Below are positions 39,001-51,924 of a stretch of DNA of 64,000 nucleotides, piece after piece. The notes under the pieces are model-generated. The model made no database searches, had not been told where the DNA came from, and saw only the letters and a program-made list of their open reading frames with translations. The stretch is from Oculina patagonica (taxonomy: Eukaryota), in contig NC_135759.1 in assembly GCF_052425735.1 (NCBI RefSeq), positions 33,170,001 through 33,234,000 of the forward strand, read 5' to 3'. Position 1 is the stretch's first letter. Each line of letters starts with the position of its first letter. A program made the translations under genes and the position numbers.

Positions 39001-42000
39001 CTTTTCGTGGGACCTGTATTTTCAAAGCTAAGAGGCCGCTACATTCCAACGCTGTCAGATAATAGTTCAGAGGTGAGCGATTACTTCTTTGCGAGCCGCG
39101 AAGCCGTATATTCCATTCTCTCTTACCCCAGTAAATTGTTGGAAAAACCTAGCAACTGTTCCACCACGGATAGTATAAAGACTGCGTTTCTTGCAAATTC
39201 AACAGCAACAGCAGCTATCAAGTCTGGGCCTGGCTAGCCACTGTATTTTCTGCCCATATACGCTGAACTATTAGTAATGCCATTCGTATCGTAATTACTG
39301 TTTCCTTTTTTTGAAAAACTTTCTCACCTGATTGTTCTATAGCCTCTTCTCCTACGAATTACCAGTCTGCGTCCAAAGCGATATACCTTCATCCATCTAC
39401 GCCCATACCGGAAGCTCATTACGCAACGGCGACGTCTTCTTCGTCGTCGTCTTCGCCTTCTGCGCCTTCTCCTGCGCCTTCGCCTTCTTCGTCGCCTTCT
39501 TCTCTTCTTTCGGCGTCTTTGTCTCCTTCTTGAGCGCCGCCTTCTCTTCCTTCTATATCTACGTCTCTTCCTTATTATTCTTCTCCTTCGCCTTCTGTTA
39601 TATCGCCGTATGCGTCGTCGACGCTTCAGTATTTTCCAGCGTCGTCTTATGCGCCATCTAATTATTCCGCGACGGATCTTAAAACGTCGATATTTCTTTC
39701 TGTATTTAATGACCAGCCTCTTTCGGCGAATCGTTATTCTTCTCCATGTTCTTCCGACACGGAATTGTATTCGTCTTTTGATATTGCGTATGGTTGTCCA
39801 TTTTCTTCCCACCTTGATACGGACCACGCGTCGTCTGATACTAGTAAAAAAAAGTAAAAGTGGAATATGATTGTTAGTGGGAGCCCTATTAAATCATTAT
39901 GCGAACTGTTGGTGATGCTTCGCTTTAATTTAAATGTTTGCAGGATAATAACCCCAACCCTGCCTCCTGTCTCCTAAAGACCTCTTCGTCCTTAGAAAAT
40001 TTCTCATAGCACCATTTTAATAGATTCAAGCCAATATTTGGCATGGGCACAGACTCCTATGTGAAGCAGGTTTTTTGGAAGGCTTAGAGACGAAAACTTT
40101 CAACAGGGAGGTAGATGTATGTTTTGCATTTTTGGTGGGGTCGAGGCATGTCCAGTGTAATCACTGGGCGGGAGATTCTTCATCAGGTTATCATTTTTGG
40201 TGTTTTTGGATTTAGTACACACATGTACAAGAGCACCCGTATAAACGCATGTATAGCCCCACTCGTGGATAAGCTATTAACAGACTGTGTTGGTGAAATG
40301 CTTCTGGAAGGAAAGTGAGCGTGCTAGTGTTTTTGGTGCTGTTTAGGAAAAGGTAATATTATGTACGCCCTTTATCTCTGGCAATAACATCTTTAACATT
40401 CATGTTCGCGTTACATTTACTATCTTACATCACAACAAGCGAGAAAAGAGCGAAGGCGCGACAATCTTAGGGTGCGTTCCTCTGAGATGGAATCAAAGTG
40501 CATCAAAGAAACCGATAACCCACTTTAGGTTTACACCATAATCCGAGTGATCTTGGATCATTGACCTGATCCGGAGCATTCCAAAAGAACGCACTCTTAA
40601 ATTACATTTTGCGAGAAAAGAATGCAAAGGGGCGACTAAAGAACAACAGGAGAAGGGCGGCTATCCGAAAAGCCAAAGTAAATGGCCAAAACTATATGAG
40701 GTGTAGGATACTGGTGAGTACCTCTTCTGATCCTCTGGTAATATTGGGAATAGTAAACTATTTTGACTGAAACTCTCTTGGTTGAAGGGTGTTTGAGACA
40801 ACCCCTTCTAAAGACATTTAAATCACTGACTTACTAGATTCTTCTGTATCCTCTTCGTGTGCGGAATCTAAGGACTCGCCCTCTGCGGTACACTTTTCGC
40901 CATCTATTTCGGTAACGGAAACGCATTACACAACGACGTCGGGATCTACGTCTTCGTCGCCTTCGTCGCCTCCTTCTGCGCCGTCGGCGTCGTCGACGTC
41001 GCCTTCGTCGTCTCTTCCTCTTTCTTCTTCGCCTCAGCGCTTTTCTTCTTCGTCGGTATCGTTTACGTTGCCGCCTTCGTACCCTTCGCAAATATCTTCT
41101 TCGTTTCCTTCTAATTCTGCGCCTTCTTCTGATTCTTCTTCGTCTTGAGGTTCTTCGTCGTCTCCTTAGCGTTTGCCATCGCTTTCTGTATCGGTACAGC
41201 ACTCTTCCTCTCCTGATTCTAGCTATTCTAATTTTCCTCATGAAGCGGAAACCGAAGCCTCGTCTGCCGTACGTCCGTAATGTACGCCACACTTTCCTTA
41301 CACGAACTTGGAATAGGCGAGTAGTCGTTCTTAGGACACGTCTTCTTCGCATGTAATAAACTATCGGTTTACGTCTATAGAATCTAAAAAAGGGTTAAAG
41401 AAGAAAACAATTTTAGCATTGAATTCGCTTGAATAAAATTCCATGTTGTTACTGCAAGATGGCTGCTATGTTCTTTAAGCACTTTTGAAATTTCTACTGG
41501 GAGAAACAGAAGCTTTACTGTGCTCGTTTTTTGAAAGTTTTATTTTTGTCGTGGCAGCTCATTGGAGAGCACATCAAGTAGTGTCTTTAGCAAGGCCGAA
41601 AGCAAAAAAATCGGCCCGATAGAAGTTAAGACAAGATGTTTACAATTGGGTTCAGCCTTCATTTCAACCATCTGCAGACATCCGTACTCCTTGAAGGGTT
41701 TCGTCGTTTGGAACCATCATTTTGAAGTTTGTATACCGTGAATAGTATGACCTAGTTCATTGAAATCGCCGGCTTATAACAAACCTCAGACCGTCTTAAG
41801 GATATTTTCATCACTTGTGCAAAAAAGATAGCGTCATAGTCTTACCTGACATATCCAACTCTTCGCCCAACGCGGAACACTAATTTGTTTCCTCTGCGAA
41901 GAAGTTTCCTCCAGCGACGATAGAATCTGAACCGTAAGACACACCTTCGGCGTCTTCTTTTCTGTATTCTTCTTCTCCTTCTTCTTCGTCTTCTTCTCAC

Positions 42001-45000
42001 CCTTCGCCGTTTTCGTCTTCTTGCCCTTCTCCTCCTCCTTCGTTTTCTTCTCCTTGTTCTTCTCCTCCTTCTTCTTCGCATTTTTCTTCGTCGCCGTCGC
42101 CTTGCCTTTCGTCCTCGGTATCGTCTCCTTCTGATAATCCTCCAGCGTTTACGCACCCGGTATCTCAGCAGGCCACGGTAGAATCTCAAAGGTCTTCTCT
42201 TTCGTCCGAAGCGGATGAAAAATCGTCGACGGTACCGTATCGCACTTCGCCATTTCTTTCCTACACGGATTCTGACTGGGTAACGTCTCTTTATCCAGCG
42301 TCGTCCATAACGGATATAAGTTATGCCTCTCGTGAATCTAAAACGAGAAAACAATAACAAACAGGAAAAATAATCACACACAGATTTTACTGAACCCTGT
42401 CAGTTTAGCTTCCTCTTGATGATTGCCAGACATACATCCCTGTTGGACTGTCAGTTGCACATTTTAAAAATCTACAGTCTCAACTCTTTATTATCAGCGC
42501 ACGATTAATCGATCTGAAAGTTCGCAAGAGTTTAGAAACCTGCTCATCAAACTTATAAAAAACACTCGTCGACTCTAGTGAACATTTTTACCAGGTTCTA
42601 GATAGTGCACGATTTGAGAGCGCATGTGAGTTAACGGTCAAATGAGGGCGAGATTTCAAACTTTAGCCTTATCCTCGTTAAATCTTAGCCAGTACCCAGT
42701 TAGAGCCTTACCTGATAATCCTCGTCACCCTTCCGAGACGTATCCTTAATACGCGTCCCCTCCTGTAGACAGGATACCAGCGGCGTCCACGGCGAACACG
42801 TATCACGCATCTGCGTAACCGTCGTCGCTTTACTCTCCTTCGTCGTCGTCGCCTTCTGTTATACCTTCTTATTCGCCTCTTTCGCCTTCTTCGTCTTCTT
42901 CTTCGTCTTCTCTTTATTCTTCGCCGTCGTCTTGCCTTTCTATTTATTCTTCTTCTGATAATTTTCCATCCTCGTTTAACGCGTACGCGCAATCTTCCTC
43001 TGTAGAATCGTATTCTTCGAATTCGCCGGCCGTATCTTATCACTAATCCACGTCCCCGTTTTCTTGGACGTATCCAGCGTCTGCCGATTCTGACCCGGAG
43101 ACGATAATTCGGTTTGCGGATTCGGATCCATCTTCTTCTCGTCCACCTGACTCTAAGTACACCACGACGATAACTGAAAAACGACAGACAATAGATATAT
43201 TGTTATTTCTCACTACATAAAAGGGTATGTTTTATCTAAAATAAATTTACTGATTAGTTTTAGGATATTCTCTTTTTAATTCTTACCATTTTTAACATGT
43301 AAAACACCTCTATGTTGCTGCATTACGAAAAACATATCTTCCTAGAGGAGTAGCCTATCCGTCATCTTAACGATTCCCGGGTGACATGTTTTGGACTAAA
43401 TAAGTTAACCCTTTTTTACTGTCTGCTTTGCTTTTTAATGATTTGGTCTAAAATTCAAATGTTGTGAAGACCAGACTAAAAAGAGAATTTTGTTATGCGT
43501 GTGCTCTTCACCTTAGCTTATTTCAGTCATATCACCACGCCTCATGTCATCCATTATCTACCATAACAAAGCTTGCTCTCCACCCTACGGTCTTTCTGGT
43601 ACGGACCTCGCTGTGCTCAATTCGTAATACCAAAGCCATAGGCCTAGATTCCTCCGGTACGGCCCACAGACTTGGTTTATAAGATATATATATATATATA
43701 TATATATCTTATTAACCAAGCGTAAGTGCGGTACTGGGAGAGTAACATCCGAGGTCTTGACAGTACGCACAAAAAAACAAGGGCTGATATTTTCTCGCTT
43801 AGTTAATAAGAGATTTATTACACGACTCAACATAGTTAGTAAATCCCACTACTAACTATGCACTGAAAAAGATTTTTAGCAGATATAGGATAAAAAGAAC
43901 AGGATTCTAGCAGGGGACCAACCGGTTATTTCTGTCGGGAAAGAATTCCATATTAATTAAAATGTTGGTTTACAAACTAATAAAAAGGTTGAGAGGGTTA
44001 TCAATTTTTCCCTTTTGTAAACCAAAAAATAGATTGTCGAAAAATGAACTGTTGGCCAAAAAGCGAAGCTTCGAGGGCAACTGTGAAATTTTGAGTACAA
44101 TCTTTCAGCCAAGGGCTGAATATCCTCCAATATACCAGCTAGCCAGAAAGGGGTTTATTTATTTTATAACCCTCCGATTAATTTCTACATCGCGCTTTAT
44201 CGCCAGTAAATTTATAGGAAAAAACCTACGTAATAAACCCGGCGTAACAGTGGTTGAAACAAATGTAAGTTGCATTGGTTTACGTGATATTTTAACTCTG
44301 TGATTTCATTAAGAGTTAGAATTGAATAAGGTGACTTCATTCGTTTTTTTTGTGCTTGCCTTCAAATTCAGGCGACGGATATCAAATCGGACGGGGTATA
44401 TTCGCTAATACCCGTCGTCCGATTTTGTACCACGTGATGCGTTTTGTCCAATGGGTGCGCGCAAAAATTAATGGGTGGGTTATAATTAGAGAATATTGGC
44501 CCGGCAATTGAGCAATCTGATTGGTTCCTTTTAGTTATTGGCCCTCTGACTTCTTTGGTCGTGTAGTAAGTCTTTAATTTGCTGTTAATCGCTTCAGGAT
44601 TTTTTTTAAGTGAGAGTAGAAGAGATTTCAACTGAACGAGAAGTCACTTTCTGGCAGTTCTAACACCGAATCAAGAAATTAAAGTAAATTATTTCTTACC
44701 TTAGATACTTGTATTTCCTTCCGAAACGGAAAACCAAACGCTTTCCTCGTTTGAACACTCTTCTCCATCTTCGCCTGAACCGGAAACGGAGCACGCAGCG
44801 GCGCCTTCTTCTTAAACGCTTTCTGCGTCGTCTGCGTAGTCGTCTTTGTCGTCTCCTTCGTCGTCTTATCTTTCTTCTGTATCGTCTTCTCTTTCTTCTC
44901 AATCTCCTCCTCCGTCTCCTTTTCCTTCCTCGTCTTCTGTAATAGACCCTCTTCCAGCGTCTTCCGATCCTCATTCTAACCCTTCTGCCAATTCTCAGCT

Positions 45001-48000
45001 TTCTGTTCACTCTTCTGTATCTCACTCGCAAGGACTTACCGACCCGTTTGACGTATCTCCACCTTTTTCCGATCCAGACACGGATCTTTCTAACCACTTT
45101 GCGCACGACTCTTCTTCCAATTCTCACCATTCCTCGTATCCACCTGGATGAAGCAACCACAGAAAACCAGGGAATAAATATCAATTTCAGTGTTATAAAT
45201 CAAAGAAATATCTGGTTTTAAATCCATCGTCTTTGCATTCTGGTACAACTATTCTACCAAAAAATTTCAAAGCCACTAAGAGTTAACCAACTGTGAGTAA
45301 TATAACCTTGAAATGGTGAATGTATTATAACGAGACATGTATGAAGTACTCTATCGTGTTTAACTTACAAACAAACTTTCTCTTGCATCAAAATCGTAAT
45401 ATAGTATCACGCTTGCCAGCTAAAGTATTACTGAATTTTTCGATGCTTTTGGTGTCATGTTAATTTAGCAAATCACTACCCTGAATAGCTACATCATTTT
45501 CTTCAACTGAAAAAAACAAGCAAACGTTCCTTACCTAAATGGCTGCCAGCGTTTTCTTACTCGAATTCTTAGTCTTCCACGTTTTCTGTACACCTTTCTC
45601 CATCTACGAAGATATCGGAATCTCAACACACATCTACCGCGCCGCCTTCGACGTCGTCGACGTCTTCTGCGACGTCTTACGCGCCGTTTTCGCCGCCTCT
45701 GTCGCCGTCGTCTTCGTCGTCTTCTTCTCTTTCTTCTTATCTGTCTTCGTCGACGCTTTCTCCGCCTTGTTCTTCGTTTTCTCAGGACACGCTTTCTATA
45801 CCTTCTTCTCCTATACTTTCGTCTTCTCCTTCGGTATATAATTCGTCTCCATCGTTTTCCTCTGTAAACTCTCACTCGTCCTCGCGTTAACCTGATGGGT
45901 CTTCCTCTTCGGCCTTTCCTGGTGTAATACAGTCTGCGACCATATCGCCGTAGTCTTCGCCAACGTCGCCCAACCAGTACACGTATGCGTCTTGTTGGTT
46001 TCTTCAGTGAGAGCCATCTACGTCTACGCCAGATATAAAGCCTTCTTCGTATGTATCTTTTGATTAAGAAAGAGATAGCAGATTTCTTACAATAACGAAA
46101 CTGTGAAAGAACTTATGTCTTTTAGTCCTAAGAGTGATAGTCTATTTAATGCCAAATCATCAGAACCCTTCCGAGTCGCCATTACACTATTTTCAAGTTC
46201 AAAATGAATAGAATAATCTTTCAGAAATAGTTTTCTAAAGATTAATAGTATTTATAGTTTACACAGTTTATTGAAATGGTGACTTGGATAAAGTGAAAAC
46301 ACAGTTTCTTTTACTCATTTTGAACTCTAAAATGGTCCCATGACGACTCCGAAACGTCGTTTAATGTAATCGCTGATTTTTACATGCTTATGTATCATTT
46401 AGCCTTTGCTGATAATCACCAGATTGTTAGGAGAAACCAAACTATCATGAAAATAAAGGAATGATGATGTTGGAATTCCCTCGAAAGAAATAATATTTTT
46501 TTTGCAATGCGCAGTGCTTTAATATATTGAGTAAAAATTTCGCTTGGGGCTTATTTCCACAAAAAAGTAAATTTACATTGACTAATAATGGAATTAGTCC
46601 CAACGTACCTTACTCTTACAAATTTCCTGCGCACACGCATCACCAGCCGACCTCGCCTTCTATACACTCGTCTCAATCGACGGCGATACCTAATACGCAG
46701 CACACATCGTGTTCGCCTTCTTCGCTTTGTTCTCCTGCGCCTTATTCTTCGTCTTCGTCTTCTTCGTCTCCTTCGTCGTCGTCTTCTTCTCCTTCTTCTT
46801 CGTCGCCTTCTTCTTCGTCGTCGTCTTTTCTTTTTCCTTCGCAGCTTTCTTCTCCTGTTGTATCTCCGTCGTCTTGTTATTCTCTTCCATGTTCGTTTAT
46901 AGCGCAACCTTATTCTCCTTCTTGTTATTCGCACCACTCTGTATTTTCTTCTGTAGCGGACCCTCAGTTTACCGCGATAAAACTTGGGCCTCTTCCATGC
47001 TAAACCAACTCGTATCTGTAGGCGTCTCTTGACTGACCGGTAGCGTCCCTTTCGTCCTATTTTCACGCGTCGTCCTCGTAATCTAACGATTCAAACCGAA
47101 TATCGTATTAGCTTGTTATTGAATAATGGGAGGCGCGGTGGCCTAATGGTTAGAGCGCCGGATTCCGGATCGAGTGGTCCGAGTTCGAGCCCCGGTCAGG
47201 GTCACTTGTGTTGTGTTCTTGGGCAAGACACTTTACTCTCATAGTGCCTCTCTCCACCCAGGTGTATAAATGGGTACCGGCGACATAATGCTGGTGGGGG
47301 GGGGAACCCTGCAATGGACTAGCATCCCATTCAGGGGGGAGTAGAAATATTCCTAGTCGCTTAATGCTACGGAAACCGGGACAAGCTCCGGCAGTGTGGG
47401 CCGCTTGGCTCGTGGCTTCTCCGTTTCCTCCTTTGTTATTGAATAAACGATTTATATTTTCCCCTGGGGGCTTAACCCTGCTTAAGTTTTTTGGCAGATT
47501 ATGATGTTATTGATTATGACTAATGTGTTATTCATTCATTCGTCTATTCGTTCGTCTTCATATTTATTTTATTCTCTGTGCTATAACTTAGGAGCTAGAT
47601 CACACTTTTAGGTACCTTCGTAACGAAAAAACTGACCTTTAAAATCAAACGAAACATCAAAAATATTTTTTCAATGAGTCAGGTAGCAGGCTTATTCTTT
47701 TTACACAATTTGTAAGATGACAAACTAACAGATAACCTGGATTTTATATAAACTAAAAAAATTAAATGGTTAGATGCAGATATACAACAAAAACAATTAT
47801 AAATTAGAATAAGTGGTAGCAGTTTTACAGCTGTAAAGGCTTTCAGCACTGATGGAATCCGCTTAAGGGTTGAGCATTACATAGATAAGGCAATCGACTT
47901 TCCTTGAATTTTTTCAGGATGGAAAATTTGTCCACAAAGTCGATGCCTTCCACATTGTATTCTCCCTTTGAGTTATTTGTAAATGTCGGGAAGTGAATAT

Positions 48001-48262
48001 CTCATATGTGGTCTTTTTTAAGCGTGCATTAACAACTGAAAAGAAAAACTGGAAAGCCTACACCTGGATACCCTATCAGTCAACTTCACTTTACTTTAGG
48101 GGGTATCTACTGATTTTCCAACGCAGTTATTTTAAAGAGAAGAAATATGTCTTAAAACCCGTAACATGAGAAGCTAGTAATTTTTGGAGGCGGAAAAACA
48201 AGTCTAGATTTGAGAGCAGACGGACGCACAATCACTTTTGGAAACTTTATCGAAACATACAT

Positions 48263-48299
<37 letters not shown>

Positions 48300-48310
48300 A
48301 CGACAGATGC

Positions 48311-48345
<35 letters not shown>

Positions 48346-51300
48346 TAGGCAGACAGATAGGCAGACACATATCTTAGCAGAATCTTAAAACTACAGCTCA
48401 AACAGTAGTGAAACTTTCCATATCCCTCACGATCGATACCTATTGTTTCCTGAAATCGACCAGCTTTTGATGAAGACACAAATGGAAATAATTTGAATAC
48501 AAAATCACCTAGCATTCTTATTACCTCCATAGTTTCCATCTCCTTCCTATTCTGATGTAAAAGCCTCGACGTCGTCTTATGACTCGTTTCCAACGACGAC
48601 CATACCGGTAACGCATCACGCAAACTGATCGCTTTCGTCGCCTTGTTATTTTTCTACGCCTTCTTCGTCTACGTCTTCGTCTTCTTCTTTTTCGTCGTCG
48701 ACGTCGTCGTTTTCGTCGTCGACGTTTTCTTCGCCTTCGTCTTCTTTTTTGTTTTCTTCTTCGTCTTCTGATTCGCCTTCTCCTTCTCGATATCCTTCGC
48801 CTTCGTCCCCGCCTAATTCTTCTCCATGTTTTTCGGATTCGCAGTCTTATTCGCCCTCTGAATATCCCTATCTTTCTGTACCGTCTGCCTCGTCGTATGC
48901 ATAATCTTCTGCGACGAACTCTTGCATTTTTCCAACGCTTTCCATACCTGATCTTCACTCTGTTTCGTAGCTTACGGATTCTACGCCATCTCTTTCCTCG
49001 CCTCTTCACGTACAAGAGACCTTTGCGATACCTGGTTTAAAATAAAAAAAGAGCGTTGGAAAACTTAAAAAGGAAGTAACATATTGTCAAGGTGATTTAT
49101 GTGTCATCAATTAAAAAAAGTAAAGAATTCTTCCAACTTTTGGTAAGCGAAAATGCTTCAATAATAGTATTTATTACGCTTATTTCGATAAGCATAGTGA
49201 ACCCCATAAGGGTCTGTAAATCAGTGAACAAGATTTGCTTGGAGAAAACATAACCAAAATGCACGTCGAATGTAGTAAATAATGTTTACTTTATTGAGAG
49301 ATTATAAACGATAATTTAACAAACGTCACGACAAACGGCAACTAGTGAGAGCTAGCGTGATTATATCTTGGCCGTATTATCAATTAACCCAGTTACAATT
49401 ATTACCTAAATCGTCTGTAAGATTTCCTGTATCGGAAGACAAGTTTTCTCCCTCTTCGGATCACTCTCCTCCAGCGACGACCATAACGGAAACGTATGAC
49501 GCAACGGCGGCGCCTTCTTCTCCTTCGTCTTCGCCGGCGCTTCCTTCTTCGTATCTTTCTCCTTCGACGTCTTCGTCGTCTTCGTCGCCTTCGTCGCCTT
49601 CTTGCTCTTCGTCTCTTGCGTCTTCTTCGCCTGGCTTTATTCCTCCTGGATCTTCTTCGCCTTCGCCTTCGTCGTTTTATCTTGATCCAGCGTCGTTTGT
49701 ATTTAATTCTGATTCGCCTTCCCAGTCTGATCACTCTGACTTTCTTCATGTACCGCAATTTCAGGTATCTGCCCGCCCTGCTCACATATCTCCATCTCCG
49801 GCCAAATCTCACCATCACTGTCCTCCTAATGGGGACCCAACGCCTACTCCTACCTACTCTTGCTCTTCCTCTTCGGAATCTGTAAAAACAGGAAAAGCCA
49901 CAGTTCTTGAGACCTAGCAAATTCAGAACTGTTGATAACTAGTCAACGCGCAAGACAAATTAATTTGGCCCAGACAAATTAATTTACGGTTTTTAAGCGG
50001 AGAGCATTATCCGAAAAAATCCGATCTTTTGAGTATCCAGCTGAAGACCTGAAGACCTTTCAAAGTGGCTTTGGCTCCCACTTTTCTTCAACAAGATGCA
50101 AAAACACCATGCACGCAGAGAAAAAATAAAGTTAATTACTGTAAATGCTACAATGCTTCAAAAAACTGAATTTTACGAATCCTATGTCGCGAATGTAAGC
50201 AACAGTTGCTGCAAAGGTATCTTTTAAAGTCAGTTAAAATCCTACTAGACTGCAAGACAGTCATATATTGTTCACGAACATGCACGCTCGGCCTTGTAGC
50301 CCACACCCCGTTGCATGCTTTTAACGCTTCAATTTATGGACAAGAGCGACTGTTATACAGACTAAAATCCTAAAAATCAAAGAGACCAGATCGTTCATCA
50401 GTGAGGCTGCTTATCTCTGGTTAATGAGCTTCTGGAAAAGAAAACTAGTAAGAGTATTGTTTTTTCCCTGAAAGGGGTACCCCCAGTATTTTGTCATGCT
50501 TGCACTAGGGCAGAGGGAGACAATGTGAAAGAAAAGTGCTTTATTCAACGACGCAACAACCTCCGTCAAGGTTCCAACATGGGCTTTATAGGCCATCACG
50601 CCTCCTATCAAACATATTATTGCAATCTTTTCCTGTGGATTCCATTTCTTATGCCACCTATTTCACTGTTTTATTGCAAATTAAATATTGAAAATTTATC
50701 ATTGGTGCATCTTATTTAATTCTGCTAATCCAATAACCGCCGGTGTTCCTTTCCGCTTCTATTGTTGTTACTCCTGTGAGTTTTGAATCTAAATAAAATA
50801 TTAAGCGTGTTTTATTTCCAGAAATCTGTTTTGCATGGAAGTTTATCCAAAAATGCTTTTAGAGCCATCGTTTTACGAGAAATTATCAAGGCCGGAGTAA
50901 GGTTTTTAGGAGCCAGCCGCTATTTCTTTAAGTGATTTTACCGGGAATAGTACATAAAATTTCCACAGTCTGCAACCTTAACAAAAGCTAAACTAGAACA
51001 CACCTCACTGATATATAACGACGCCCATAAAGGAATCTCCAGTTCCTTCCAACTCTGCGAATGGGTCTGAAGCGGCCAGCATATTTGAAACGTATCAATG
51101 AACGTCGAAGTCGCTTTCGTCGTCGTCGTAATCTTCGCCTTCGTTTGCGCATTCTACGTCGTCTTCGCCTTCGTATTCTTCGTCTTCGTCTTCGTCTTCG
51201 CCGCCGTCTTACACGTCGTTTCCTCGAAATTCGCCTTCGTCGTCCACGTCGTCCTGACATAGAAATAGTATCAGGAAATACTGTGCGATGCCGGTTATAA

Positions 51301-51891
51301 ACCCAGCCCCTCCCCCCTTCATGTGGTCCCTCCCAGTTAAGCTAAAAGACCATTTTTCTGTTAACAGTGAAAATATCTAGGTTACTAGTCCGTCCCAAAG
51401 AAAGGTTCCAAATTCTAAGTTATAAGACTACCCAAAGCCCCTTACGAAGTTGTTTTAGCCCAGGGCCTATGAAACTTCGCCAAGGGTTTATGCAAACGGC
51501 ATTTTACGGTATTATAAAACAAACATGCATGCATTTATTTATCGTGATAATCTAAAAGAAGTCACTGCGAGCATGAGAAATTCCAAAAGAGTTTTTTTGA
51601 GTTTATCTGAGAGGATTGGAAGATTCCTAAGTAAAACAAATAAAGGAATCGTCTTGGCACGTAAGGATTCCCGGTTGAGGTTCAAGTCTGTCCTGATCGC
51701 ATTTTTGTAAAATATTCCAATATTGAAAAACCACAATTGATGAGAATTTTCCTCTAAAAGTTGTAGTACTCTATTTTATGCTAAGATGTTAAAACTATTT
51801 AAAATATTGCCTGCCAGCTAAGAAATGATGCGTTTTGTGACGCAGTTTTCACTTGAGTGTCGAAAGTAAATTGCGTTTGCTTTGGTTTTGC

Positions 51892-51924
<33 letters not shown>

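Noticed and set aside
23096-49917. + strand Ser/Pro-rich ORFs (e.g. 38287-38886, 46527-47003, 49345-49917) and R/L-rich ORFs (e.g. 27296-27688, 29740-30135) as genes
   Set aside because: They are antisense shadows of Arg codons (CGA/AGA read as TCG/TCT, or shifted to CGT/CTT). Consistent splice signals and phases exist only on the - strand.
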